A DNA stretch of 64,000 nt from Sedimentisphaerales bacterium (lineage in GTDB: Bacteria; Planctomycetota; Phycisphaerae; Sedimentisphaerales; SM23-30): assembly GCA_963666285.1 (NCBI GenBank), contig OY762711.1; one strand, written 5' to 3'. Below the pieces are notes generated by a model. That model did not search any database. It worked only from the letters and a program-made list of their open reading frames with translations, and had not been told where the DNA came from. The position numbers and the translations under genes were made by a program. This document shows, one piece after another, positions 1 to 8,235 of this stretch (position 1 is its first letter; each line of letters starts with the position of its first letter).

Positions 1-825
1 GGTTGAGCTGGTGTTTACCAGAAGCAATGCATTATCAAAATAGCTGCCGATCTGATGGAAAGGAACTCGTTCGATAAAGTCAAGGTTATCGATATTTTCA
101 GCACGGTTAATAAGCTGTTCATAACGGTTGTCGTTGGTAGCCCTGGGGCATATCATAACAAATTTCCGGTCAGGGATACTTTGAGCTATGTCCAGGAAAA
201 GTTCCGGTTGTTTGACAGTGTCGCTTCTGCCTACCCAGAGTATATATTTTTTTTCACTATCAGCAGGATCTTTCAGTCGGCAGCAGTTTGCGATAACTGT
301 CGATGGTAGTCCCATGTTATTTTGCAGAGCATCTTTGTCTGACTGGTTTTGAGCAATAATATAATGACAATGTTTCAGTGACCATTTAAATAGGCTGCCG
401 CGCAAGCCGTTATTTTTTATCCATTCTCCATTCAAGTTGCTTGGATTAGCAGACCGGAAAACATACCTGGTTTTATGGAGTTTGCAATAGAAAGCAATTA
501 AAGCATGGCCGTGGTGAGCGGCTTCGGCGAAATATATATCGCTATTTGACTTTTTCAATGCTTTCCAGATTTTTTTTGCACCGGTTATCTGGGATTCATT
601 GAAATTAAGACTTTTAATTAGAGTTACATTGTTTATTAGTTCGCAGTCGGGCTGTCCGTAGTCAGCGACGATGAAATTTACCTGGTAGCCAGGAACTTGT
701 GCAAGTTCGTCAGCCAGCAGGAAAAGGTCAACTTCGGCACCACCAAAAACTGATTCAACTTCAGGATTGAAAACAGGGTAGGCCTTGGGAGCGATGAAAC
801 AAATTTTTACAGGTAAAGAATCCAT
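1..825 (-). CDS. Glycosyltransferase family 4 (GT-B); 3' end runs off the window
   Basis: Not in the ORF track; read manually from ATG at 825: MDSLPVKICFIAPKAYPVFNPEVESVFGGAEVDLFLLADELAQ..., a typical GT4 N-terminal GGAE motif. Starts 4 nt after the stop of the upstream GT4. Confidence 0.8.
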   Translation of the reverse strand, partial: MDSLPVKICFIAPKAYPVFNPEVESVFGGAEVDLFLLADELAQVPGYQVNFIVADYGQPDCELINNVTLIKSLNFNESQITGAKKIWKALKKSNSDIYFAEAAHHGHALIAFYCKLHKTRYVFRSANPSNLNGEWIKNNGLRGSLFKWSLKHCHYIIAQNQSDKDALQNNMGLPSTVIANCCRLKDPADSEKKYILWVGRSDTVKQPELFLDIAQSIPDRKFVMICPRATNDNRYEQLINRAENIDNLDFIERVPFHQIGSYFDNALLLVNTSST

Positions 826-828
826 GAA

Positions 829-1959
829 TTAGTTAATGATATTATTATAAATTTTTATATACTGAGTAGCAGTGTTAGCCCAAGAGAAAATTTGTGATTT
901 TGCCCGGGCGGCATTGCGCAGGTCTTTATAATGAATTTCACCGGTGATTGCGTTTATTATACTTTCGGCAAAGCTTTCCGGGGTGTCGTCAGGTGAGATA
1001 ATCCCATTGTCGCTTATCAGCTCGTCAACTCCTTCGCAATGTGTGGTGATAATCGGTAAACCGGTTGCCATTGCTTCCAGCATGGCATTTGACATACCTT
1101 CGTGGGCACTGCTCATAACAAAAAGGTCGTTGAACCGGTATACCACCGGCATTTCTGAAGCTTCGACTCGTCCGAGGAACCGTACGTTCTGGCTGATACC
1201 AAGCGAAGTAGCGAGGTTTTCCAGTTCGTATCTCAGGTTGCCGTGACCAGCGATACTGAATTTTATATCAAATCCTCTATCAAGACAAATTTTGACAGCC
1301 CTAATCAGAATGTCGATACGTTTACGTTTAATAAGCCGGCAGACGGTAAGTATTTTAATTTTGTTGCCAAGCTTATGCGTCGGTGTCGGCCTGAATTTCT
1401 GGGTGTCTATTCCATTTGTAATAACAGGAATATCAATATCGGGCGTAAACCGTTTAGCCAATTCTGCCAGTCCCTGGCTGTTAGCTACAACGGCTTCAGC
1501 TTTGTGCCATATTCTGCGGAAAAGGCCGGCCAGCAGAGTATAGTCTATACCCAGCCTGACATTGTAACCAGGTACATCAGAACCCCTGAGAGAAATAATG
1601 TAAGGCAGTTTATCAGCGGTCTTATATGACAGGTATCCGGTGGGGAAGCCAAAGAACGCATGTGCCAAATCGTAGTTATTTTCATTTATAAGTTTACGAT
1701 GATATCTGCCGGCATGAAACAGCCAGGTAATGACTTCTGACTTTAGCCAGTAATGCAGATTTTTTTTTCTGATACCGATCCTGTGAATTTTTATATTGGA
1801 TGAGAAATCTTCAACTTCAATTCCTTTGCCAACAGCACTGGTCAGCACATCAACCTGCAGTTCGGGATGATTGGCAAACTGCCCCAGGATATTTAGATGG
1901 GCCTGGCCGGCTCCACCGCCGATGGGTGGAAATTCATAATTTAGCATTAAGATGTTCAT
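829..1959 (-). CDS. Glycosyltransferase family 4
   Basis: N-terminal NYEFPPIGGG; C-terminal EGMSNAMLEAMATGLPII (EX7E motif). Confidence 0.9.
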   Translation of the reverse strand: MNILMLNYEFPPIGGGAGQAHLNILGQFANHPELQVDVLTSAVGKGIEVEDFSSNIKIHRIGIRKKNLHYWLKSEVITWLFHAGRYHRKLINENNYDLAHAFFGFPTGYLSYKTADKLPYIISLRGSDVPGYNVRLGIDYTLLAGLFRRIWHKAEAVVANSQGLAELAKRFTPDIDIPVITNGIDTQKFRPTPTHKLGNKIKILTVCRLIKRKRIDILIRAVKICLDRGFDIKFSIAGHGNLRYELENLATSLGISQNVRFLGRVEASEMPVVYRFNDLFVMSSAHEGMSNAMLEAMATGLPIITTHCEGVDELISDNGIISPDDTPESFAESIINAITGEIHYKDLRNAARAKSQIFSWANTATQYIKIYNNIIN

Positions 1960-1961
1960 GA

Positions 1962-2003
1962 TTAAAGTTTAGAACTTAGAGTTGATGACCTCGCTTACGC
2001 TTG
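1962..2003. repeat. Short 7-bp tandem tract plus REP-like half element
   Basis: TTAAAGT-TTAGAAC-TTAGAGT followed by CTCGCTTACGCTTG, which is 11/14 identical to the reverse complement of 42301-42314. Confidence 0.4.
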
Positions 2004-2070
2004 TTATATTTAAGTGCTATGCTCCCCTGTATATAATATGGCAGTCTGACCGTTAATAAATATATCCGTT

Positions 2071-4332
2071 CTATTTTCGTTTCAGGATTACCATCTGTTC
2101 CAGGCCGGGTAATCTTATCGGGGTATAATTATCAACGACGAATTGTCTTAAAGGCAGCATTGCCTTATGACGTTCAACTTCGAGTTCGGCTAATTCTTCC
2201 GCTTTTTCCTGGGTTATAGTTTTAGCTTCTACATGTCTTTTAGTTAAACCCAGGCACCATGCCTTGACTTGCATGTCATATGACTGGTTATAAGAATTTA
2301 TCTGATTAATCTTTAACAATTCCCGCAAGGCCGGTTTCCGGGTTTTGGGATTATTGAAGAAATAAGAAGTACCAAGCGGGTTAGTCGGCCAAAGATCAAA
2401 AAGCGGATGATCGTTGGCCGGATAATGCATTTTCTGCGAATCGACAATATATAACGGAGGGTTATTTTTGAGTTGTTTAACAAGTCTCTTAATTTTGTTT
2501 GTCACTGTTTGAGGCGGATCAGAATGCATATCGCTGTATGCGGGTTGGGTTGCCGGGCATGATCTATCAGCAGCTACGTAAACGCCGGGATACCAACCCC
2601 AAACATATATCTGATCTTCCGGGTGTGAAGATTCTTTAATTTTATAACCGATAAGCTGCCAGGATGGCCCGTTGTTTACTTTTGCAGCTTTGACATCATT
2701 GAGTTTTTTACTCATAGCAGTATAGTTACTGCTGTTAGCTAATAAGAAAGAAATACATAAAGCAGCTATTAATGCAGGTATTGCAAAAGTCTTGTTTTTT
2801 ACAAAGACAAAGATAATACCGGCGGCGAGAGTGATACAAGCTGCACTAATAGCAGTTACGGAGAACGGATTAGTTGAGGAACCGGCAGTGAATAACTCAG
2901 CGGCAAGCCACGCAGCACCGATGAAGATAAAGCCGATATTATTTTTGATGCTTTGATATAGGATGTATCCCGCCAGAAACATTATAGAACCGTTAGGCGG
3001 CAGGAAATACTGGACATAGGCACGAGGAGATATCCAGATGAATATCATGTCAAGCAGCCACCAGATCGAAAGAAAAATCATAAGTCGATTAACTATTGAG
3101 TTGGTATTGTCAGTGGAATTATCAGCGGTGTTTGCTTTGTTGAATAGCCTGGCGAAAATGCTCCACACGATAGCGGCTAAACCAAGACCGATGGGAATTA
3201 CAAAGCTGTGAGAATACCTGGCTACTTCCGCAAACTGTTTGGAAAAGGTGCTGACGATCCTGCTGCCGGCGACATAGCCTGAGTCGCTGAAGATCTTACC
3301 GTAGAATTTATCAGTGAAGCTTGAACCGGCTTCAAAAGCAGAGCTTATCACTTCGACGGGATAGCCGATAACCGGTATATCCATCAAGAACTGTTTTGTC
3401 TGGCCCATGAAAGAGAATACAACTGTCGTGATGACAAGGGCAGCGACAACAGCAATGGCACCTCGTCGGATAAGATTTTTGTTGATACGTTCAGAATGTT
3501 GATTTACTTTCTGGATTCCATATTTTAAGCCAATTACGATGAAATACAGTACAGTAATTAATATTGCAGGGGCCGCGGGGAAATCGGCGATAAAACTTCC
3601 CAGTTGTTTTTGCCAGAGATAGAATAATATCAGAGGAATGAGCCCGATGGTACTGCCTATAGATAATAATGATATTTCTTTTAGCAGTCCGGCAAAATTC
3701 CTTTTTCTTTGTATTGAAGAAATAACAAGGTATACCAGCAAAGCGGCGGCCAGAGAAAAACCTGTAGGTTTGAAATACCAGGTATTGATAGCAAAAGCAC
3801 CGCAAATCATGAGCAGGTATTTTTTGTTATACAATTCATAGTAGATAAACGAGCATGCCGCAATTATCATGCAGGCAATCATATATTGTTCTTTCACATT
3901 GCCGAATTTTGCGTAAGGCTGACAGCTAAGGTAGAATGAGCCGAGAATAACAGAAATACATGCCGGGATATTACCGAAAAGTTTCCTGATGCAGATGAAC
4001 GCACATGAAAGAGCGGCGATCTGCATAAAAGACTGTATAATAATCGGTCCGATTTCAGAGTATCCGAATAGTTTTATGCCTATGAAGTTGACCAGCAGGG
4101 TAGCAGCTCCCGCCGATGGGAAAATATCGACACCGAGTTTTTTGCCCAGTGAAAGCTCGTGGGCATGAAATATATTCAATGCTCCATCGAATGGATCGTC
4201 AGTATTAAATTCATAGTATTTACCGATAATAAATGGGATAGCTGCAATAACGAGAGTAATTATGGCAGGAACAAGCCAATTTATCAGTTTTTGGATGTCA
4301 GTTTTATTTTCAGCATTAATAAGGTCATTCAT
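2071..4332 (-). CDS. Polytopic membrane protein, probable GT-C (ArnT/PMT-like) glycosyltransferase
   Basis: Many hydrophobic helices, acidic DD motif after the first TM (NTDDPFDG), C-terminal soluble domain (DQIYVWGWYPGVY); lies directly downstream of a polyprenol-phosphate GT2. Confidence 0.65.
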   Translation of the reverse strand: MNDLINAENKTDIQKLINWLVPAIITLVIAAIPFIIGKYYEFNTDDPFDGALNIFHAHELSLGKKLGVDIFPSAGAATLLVNFIGIKLFGYSEIGPIIIQSFMQIAALSCAFICIRKLFGNIPACISVILGSFYLSCQPYAKFGNVKEQYMIACMIIAACSFIYYELYNKKYLLMICGAFAINTWYFKPTGFSLAAALLVYLVISSIQRKRNFAGLLKEISLLSIGSTIGLIPLILFYLWQKQLGSFIADFPAAPAILITVLYFIVIGLKYGIQKVNQHSERINKNLIRRGAIAVVAALVITTVVFSFMGQTKQFLMDIPVIGYPVEVISSAFEAGSSFTDKFYGKIFSDSGYVAGSRIVSTFSKQFAEVARYSHSFVIPIGLGLAAIVWSIFARLFNKANTADNSTDNTNSIVNRLMIFLSIWWLLDMIFIWISPRAYVQYFLPPNGSIMFLAGYILYQSIKNNIGFIFIGAAWLAAELFTAGSSTNPFSVTAISAACITLAAGIIFVFVKNKTFAIPALIAALCISFLLANSSNYTAMSKKLNDVKAAKVNNGPSWQLIGYKIKESSHPEDQIYVWGWYPGVYVAADRSCPATQPAYSDMHSDPPQTVTNKIKRLVKQLKNNPPLYIVDSQKMHYPANDHPLFDLWPTNPLGTSYFFNNPKTRKPALRELLKINQINSYNQSYDMQVKAWCLGLTKRHVEAKTITQEKAEELAELEVERHKAMLPLRQFVVDNYTPIRLPGLEQMVILKRK

Positions 4333-4335
4333 AAG

Positions 4336-5334
4336 TTATGCTTCTTTCAACAGGATATCTTCTCCGCCCTGAATAATTTTACGCACCACATAAGTTGGTT
4401 TATTTTGAGATTCATGATAGATACGACATTGCATTTCCGCCAGAAGTCCCATCAGCATGAACTGGACAGCCATCATCATCAGCATAGCGGCCAGAACCGG
4501 CAGCGGGCTTCGATCCATATCTATGTGTTGGGTTAATTTGAGATAGATCATATAAAATGCGGTCAGAAACGACATGATCATAGATAATAGCCCCAGGCCG
4601 CCAAAAATATGGATAGGCCTGTTGCTGAATGTTCCCAGGAATTTGATAGTAATCAGATCCAGTATAACTTTCCAGGTTCTGCCGAGTCCATATTTCGCTT
4701 TGCCGTGTATGCGCGGCCGATGATTTACAGGGATTTCAGTAACATTTGCGCCGGACCATTTAGCAATAGCAGGGATAAATCTGTGCATTTCTCCATAAAG
4801 ATGCATGTGGCTGATGACTTCGCTGTGATAAGCTTTTAGAGTGCAGCCGTAATCATGGAGATGTACTCCTGTTATTTTGCCAATAACCCAGTTGGCAATT
4901 TTAGACGGCAATTTTCTGGAAAGAGCTTTATCTTTGCGGTTTTTTCGCCAGCCGCTGACAACATCATAACCTTCTTTCATTTTTTCCAGCAGCAGGGGGA
5001 TATCTGCCGGGTCGTTTTGCAGGTCACCATCCATGGGAATAACTACCTGGCCATTTGCCTGATCAAAACCGGCAGTTAATGCAGCTGTTTGACCATAATT
5101 TCTTCTGAATTGGATAATTTTAATGCGTTTACCGTCAGGGTCATATTCTTTTTGCTCATTCAACAGGTTAGCCACGGTATTGTCGGTGCTGCCGTCATCA
5201 ACCAGAATAAGTTCATAATTCAGGTCATTTTTCTCAACTACTGATATAATATCGTTAAATAGTTCAGCAATATTATCTTCTTCATTGTATAAAGGCACGA
5301 CAATTGAAATAAGTTGTTTGTCAGATTGTATCAT
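4336..5334 (-). CDS. GT2 polyprenol-phosphate glycosyltransferase (ArnC/GtrB-like)
   Basis: SIVVPLYNEE, VDDGSTD, RNYGQTAA, MDGDLQNDP, GEMHRFIP motifs; two C-terminal TM helices. Confidence 0.9.
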   Translation of the reverse strand: MIQSDKQLISIVVPLYNEEDNIAELFNDIISVVEKNDLNYELILVDDGSTDNTVANLLNEQKEYDPDGKRIKIIQFRRNYGQTAALTAGFDQANGQVVIPMDGDLQNDPADIPLLLEKMKEGYDVVSGWRKNRKDKALSRKLPSKIANWVIGKITGVHLHDYGCTLKAYHSEVISHMHLYGEMHRFIPAIAKWSGANVTEIPVNHRPRIHGKAKYGLGRTWKVILDLITIKFLGTFSNRPIHIFGGLGLLSMIMSFLTAFYMIYLKLTQHIDMDRSPLPVLAAMLMMMAVQFMLMGLLAEMQCRIYHESQNKPTYVVRKIIQGGEDILLKEA

Positions 5335-5729
5335 GATTTTGCCATACTATAATATAGTAAAGAAATCTGCTATCAAATAAAATACTGGTAGAAAGATTTC
5401 TGGTTTATATGAATATAACGCAATTATTTAGTTTTACTATATTTTATCGGCAATAATCGGATCACAAATGAGTAATTTACGTCCTGATAAATTTGCTATA
5501 TGATTGGCAGCAGAAAGGTTATGGGACGTTTGTTTTTGAAAAAATTTTCATTTTTTAAAAATATTTTACTAAAGGTCCATAATTTTTTTTATTATTGGAA
5601 CTTAAGGCGAATAAGGAAGGCCCATCTTGTAAGTGTCTTTTTTTCAAGTGTTTATATTGAGTGATAAGTCGTGTTGATATGGCATGAAAAACAGTTATGG
5701 AACATGTTTTAAAATATTATCGCTCTTTC

Positions 5730-5757
5730 TAAAGTTTTTTGGTTATATTGACGAAAT
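5730..5757 (+). promoter_or_regulatory. Putative sigma28 (FliA/SigD) promoter of flagellin
   Basis: TAAAGTTT-N12-GACGAAAT versus consensus TAAAGTTT-N11-GCCGATAA; the structured leader begins ~7 nt downstream. Confidence 0.6.
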
Positions 5758-5763
5758 ACAAAA

Positions 5764-6310
5764 GGCAACAGACAACGGTCTATAAAACAGACAATTCCGG
5801 GTTGTTAAGGAACCGATGTCGGTTGCGAGTCTCCATAAGACTCAAGGATGAGCAGGCCTAACTTTGATCTGGACATTCAAAGTGCGGCTGACTGTGAAAA
5901 GGAGTTTGCAACGGAGTTGCTGCTTTTCTTTCGCTAACATATAACAAAAGTATTTTAGATCTGAGAGATCAGATCGCGGTTGTTGTGTGTGGTGGAACCC
6001 ACTTCAAACATCTCGTATCAGAATTCCCAATTATTCACGTAATCAAATGCAAGATCACCATTTAAAAGGTGGTCGTAAATGGCGATTCCTGTGTATCTAC
6101 AACTCCCAGGACGGCGGGATTGTGTACATCTCGCGTTGTAGATAAAAATCTGGCCAAGGGTGCCGGTATTTCGGACAGGAAAGGATTAAAAGTTCTTTAT
6201 CAATGGTACTTTACGGGAATCGCTTGAATCCTAACAGACCAAAACCAGGACGAAGTATACGGTCTGTTGTGTGGACAGGCATTAGCCTGCCTTGTCACGG
6301 AGGATAAACC
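5764..6310 (+). promoter_or_regulatory. Large structured 5' leader of flagellin with many GGA (CsrA-type) motifs
   Basis: More than 10 nested stems paired by eye, several with G-U pairs that work only on the + strand; 16 GGA trinucleotides; no ORF of 60 aa or more. Confidence 0.6.
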
Positions 6311-7765
6311 ATGACGCGTATTAATACAAACATTTCAGCTATGAACGGGATCAAGTCTTTGGTCTCAAACAACAACGATCTAGCCACCAGGCTTGAGCGA
6401 TTGTCAACAGGTCTAAGGATCAACGCAGGTAAAGATGACCCTGCCGGTCTGATAGCATCTGAAGTAATCCGCTCAGAAATGAAAGGGCTGGAAACCGGTA
6501 TCAAGAACTCAACCAGGGCTTCGAATGTGATAGCGACAGCGGAAGGTGCTCTTAATGAAGTATCTGCTTTGCTAATCGATATTCGCGGGCTTTTGATTGA
6601 GAATGCTAATACCGGTGGTATGTCAGATGAGGAACTCGATGCTAACCAGCTTCAGGTTGACTCAGCGATTGAGACCATTCAGCGAATCGCTAATGCGACT
6701 GAGTTTGAAGGTATCAAGTTGCTGAACGGAAACCTGGACTATGTAGTATCGGGTGTGTCAGCTGCCTTAATTCAAGATTATCAGATTGATAAGGCAAAAC
6801 TGGTAGATGGTGCAGCAATGGCTGTTGATGTAACTCTGGTTAGTGCAGCAAACACTGGCTTCCTGCGTCTATCGACGACGACAACAGGGTTATTAACAGC
6901 GGCAGCCATCCAGATCGGGTCAAATCGAGGAAATACCGAGCTAACCTTTGCCGTAGGAACGAAAGCATCGGGCATGTTGGCGAGCATAAATGCTGTAAAA
7001 GAAGTAACAGGCATTTCAGCTGCCATGTCAGGTTCAAATCAGATTCTGCTTCGCAGTGTTGAATTTGGAACCAATGCTTATGCTAGTGTGGAAATGTTGA
7101 ACTCATCAACAATGAGCAACACCCTGTTTGAACTATATGATGAAGGCGGAACATCGCAGGATTCTGCAAAGGATTATGGTGTAGATGCAATTGCCACAAT
7201 CAATGGTTCTGCTGCAACCGCTGACGGTAAGACATTGACGGTTCGTACCAGTATGCTTGAAGGCACCTTTGAATTGTCAGATGGTTTTGCACTATCTGCA
7301 GGCGGAACAGATTCCTTCAGTGTTACCGGTGGTGGAGCACAGTTTGCCATAGGTTCCAAGGTTGACGCTGTTAATGTTGAATCTATAGGTATTATGTCTA
7401 TAGCTCCTAACGAACTTGGAAATGCTGAAGACGGTTACCTCAATACACTCAAGAGCGGTCAGTTGAATTCACTTACCGGTGATAATTTGTATACTGCTCA
7501 GCGAATCGTTGATGATGCGATCAAGGATATCGCGGTATTGCGAGGAAAACTCGGTGCGTTCCAGAAAAATACAATTGAAACGAATATCAATTCTCTGACT
7601 GTAACTTTAGAGAATGTGACGGCGGCAGAGTCAGCTATCCGAGATGCAGACTTTGCTACCGAAAGTGCGGCAATGACAAGAGCACAGATCTTGCAGCAGT
7701 CAAGTACTTCTGTCTTGTCTATTGCGAATACTACGCCGCAGAGCGTCCTGGGACTACTAGGCTAA
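6311..7765 (+). CDS. fliC: Flagellin
   Basis: N-terminal RINTN...LERLSTGLRINAGKDDPAGL; C-terminal AAESAIRDADFATE...PQSVLGLLG; RBS GGAGGA. Confidence 0.97.
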   Translation: MTRINTNISAMNGIKSLVSNNNDLATRLERLSTGLRINAGKDDPAGLIASEVIRSEMKGLETGIKNSTRASNVIATAEGALNEVSALLIDIRGLLIENANTGGMSDEELDANQLQVDSAIETIQRIANATEFEGIKLLNGNLDYVVSGVSAALIQDYQIDKAKLVDGAAMAVDVTLVSAANTGFLRLSTTTTGLLTAAAIQIGSNRGNTELTFAVGTKASGMLASINAVKEVTGISAAMSGSNQILLRSVEFGTNAYASVEMLNSSTMSNTLFELYDEGGTSQDSAKDYGVDAIATINGSAATADGKTLTVRTSMLEGTFELSDGFALSAGGTDSFSVTGGGAQFAIGSKVDAVNVESIGIMSIAPNELGNAEDGYLNTLKSGQLNSLTGDNLYTAQRIVDDAIKDIAVLRGKLGAFQKNTIETNINSLTVTLENVTAAESAIRDADFATESAAMTRAQILQQSSTSVLSIANTTPQSVLGLLG

Positions 7766-7990
7766 TTGCGAACTCGGTGATTTCCCACCGAATCAGCTTA
7801 CTTGTAAGTTGGCTCACAATTAGTCTCCGCATCCGGGAAGCTCACCGGGCCGTAAGTAGGTCAGTAGTGTACCTTAACGGACCTAGTCTGTACGGCCAGT
7901 CAGATAAAGTCCGGCCGGAGAGACAGCAGCAGCGGAGTTTTTAAGCTGTTAATCCGGAGATAAGGAGTTTCACTTAAGGGTGATCCTCTT
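7761..7990 (+). other. Structured 3' trailer of flagellin (3' UTR or possible ncRNA)
   Basis: Three-way junction closed by 7761-7768/7817-7824 and a ~100-nt rod at 7823-7924, upstream of the terminator. Confidence 0.5.
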
Positions 7991-7996
7991 TTGAGA

Positions 7997-8058
7997 GGCC
8001 CAAGCCTCCAACAGAAACTTGTTTTATCAGTGTACTGTTGAGAGGCTTGGGCCATTTT
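7997..8058 (+). terminator. Intrinsic terminator-like hairpin closing the flagellin transcript
   Basis: GGCCCAAGCCTC-CAACAG / CTGTTG-A-GAGGCTTGGGCC followed by ATTTT. Confidence 0.7.
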
Positions 8059-8235
8059 AAATAATGCATATTATTATCTTCAAATAAATCAGATTCAGGT
8101 CGGTTCTTTATTCCTTGTTCTCGCTTGCAAAAGCAATTTCTATGATTTCACTTAAAACTTCATTTGCTCTAATCAGTGGAATGAGTTTATTTCTATTGTT
8201 GATTGGATACAATAGTAAGTTTATAATAGTCGGGG

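Noticed and set aside
5764..6310. Known riboswitch (c-di-GMP, cobalamin, TPP, T-box) in the flagellin leader
   Set aside because: No recognisable consensus motifs by eye; an Rfam search is needed.
7823..7937. SRP or 6S RNA identity for the flagellin trailer
   Set aside because: Lacks the SRP helix-8 CAGG..GNRA..AGCAG arrangement, and the rod (~100 nt) is too short for 6S; not formally excluded without Infernal.
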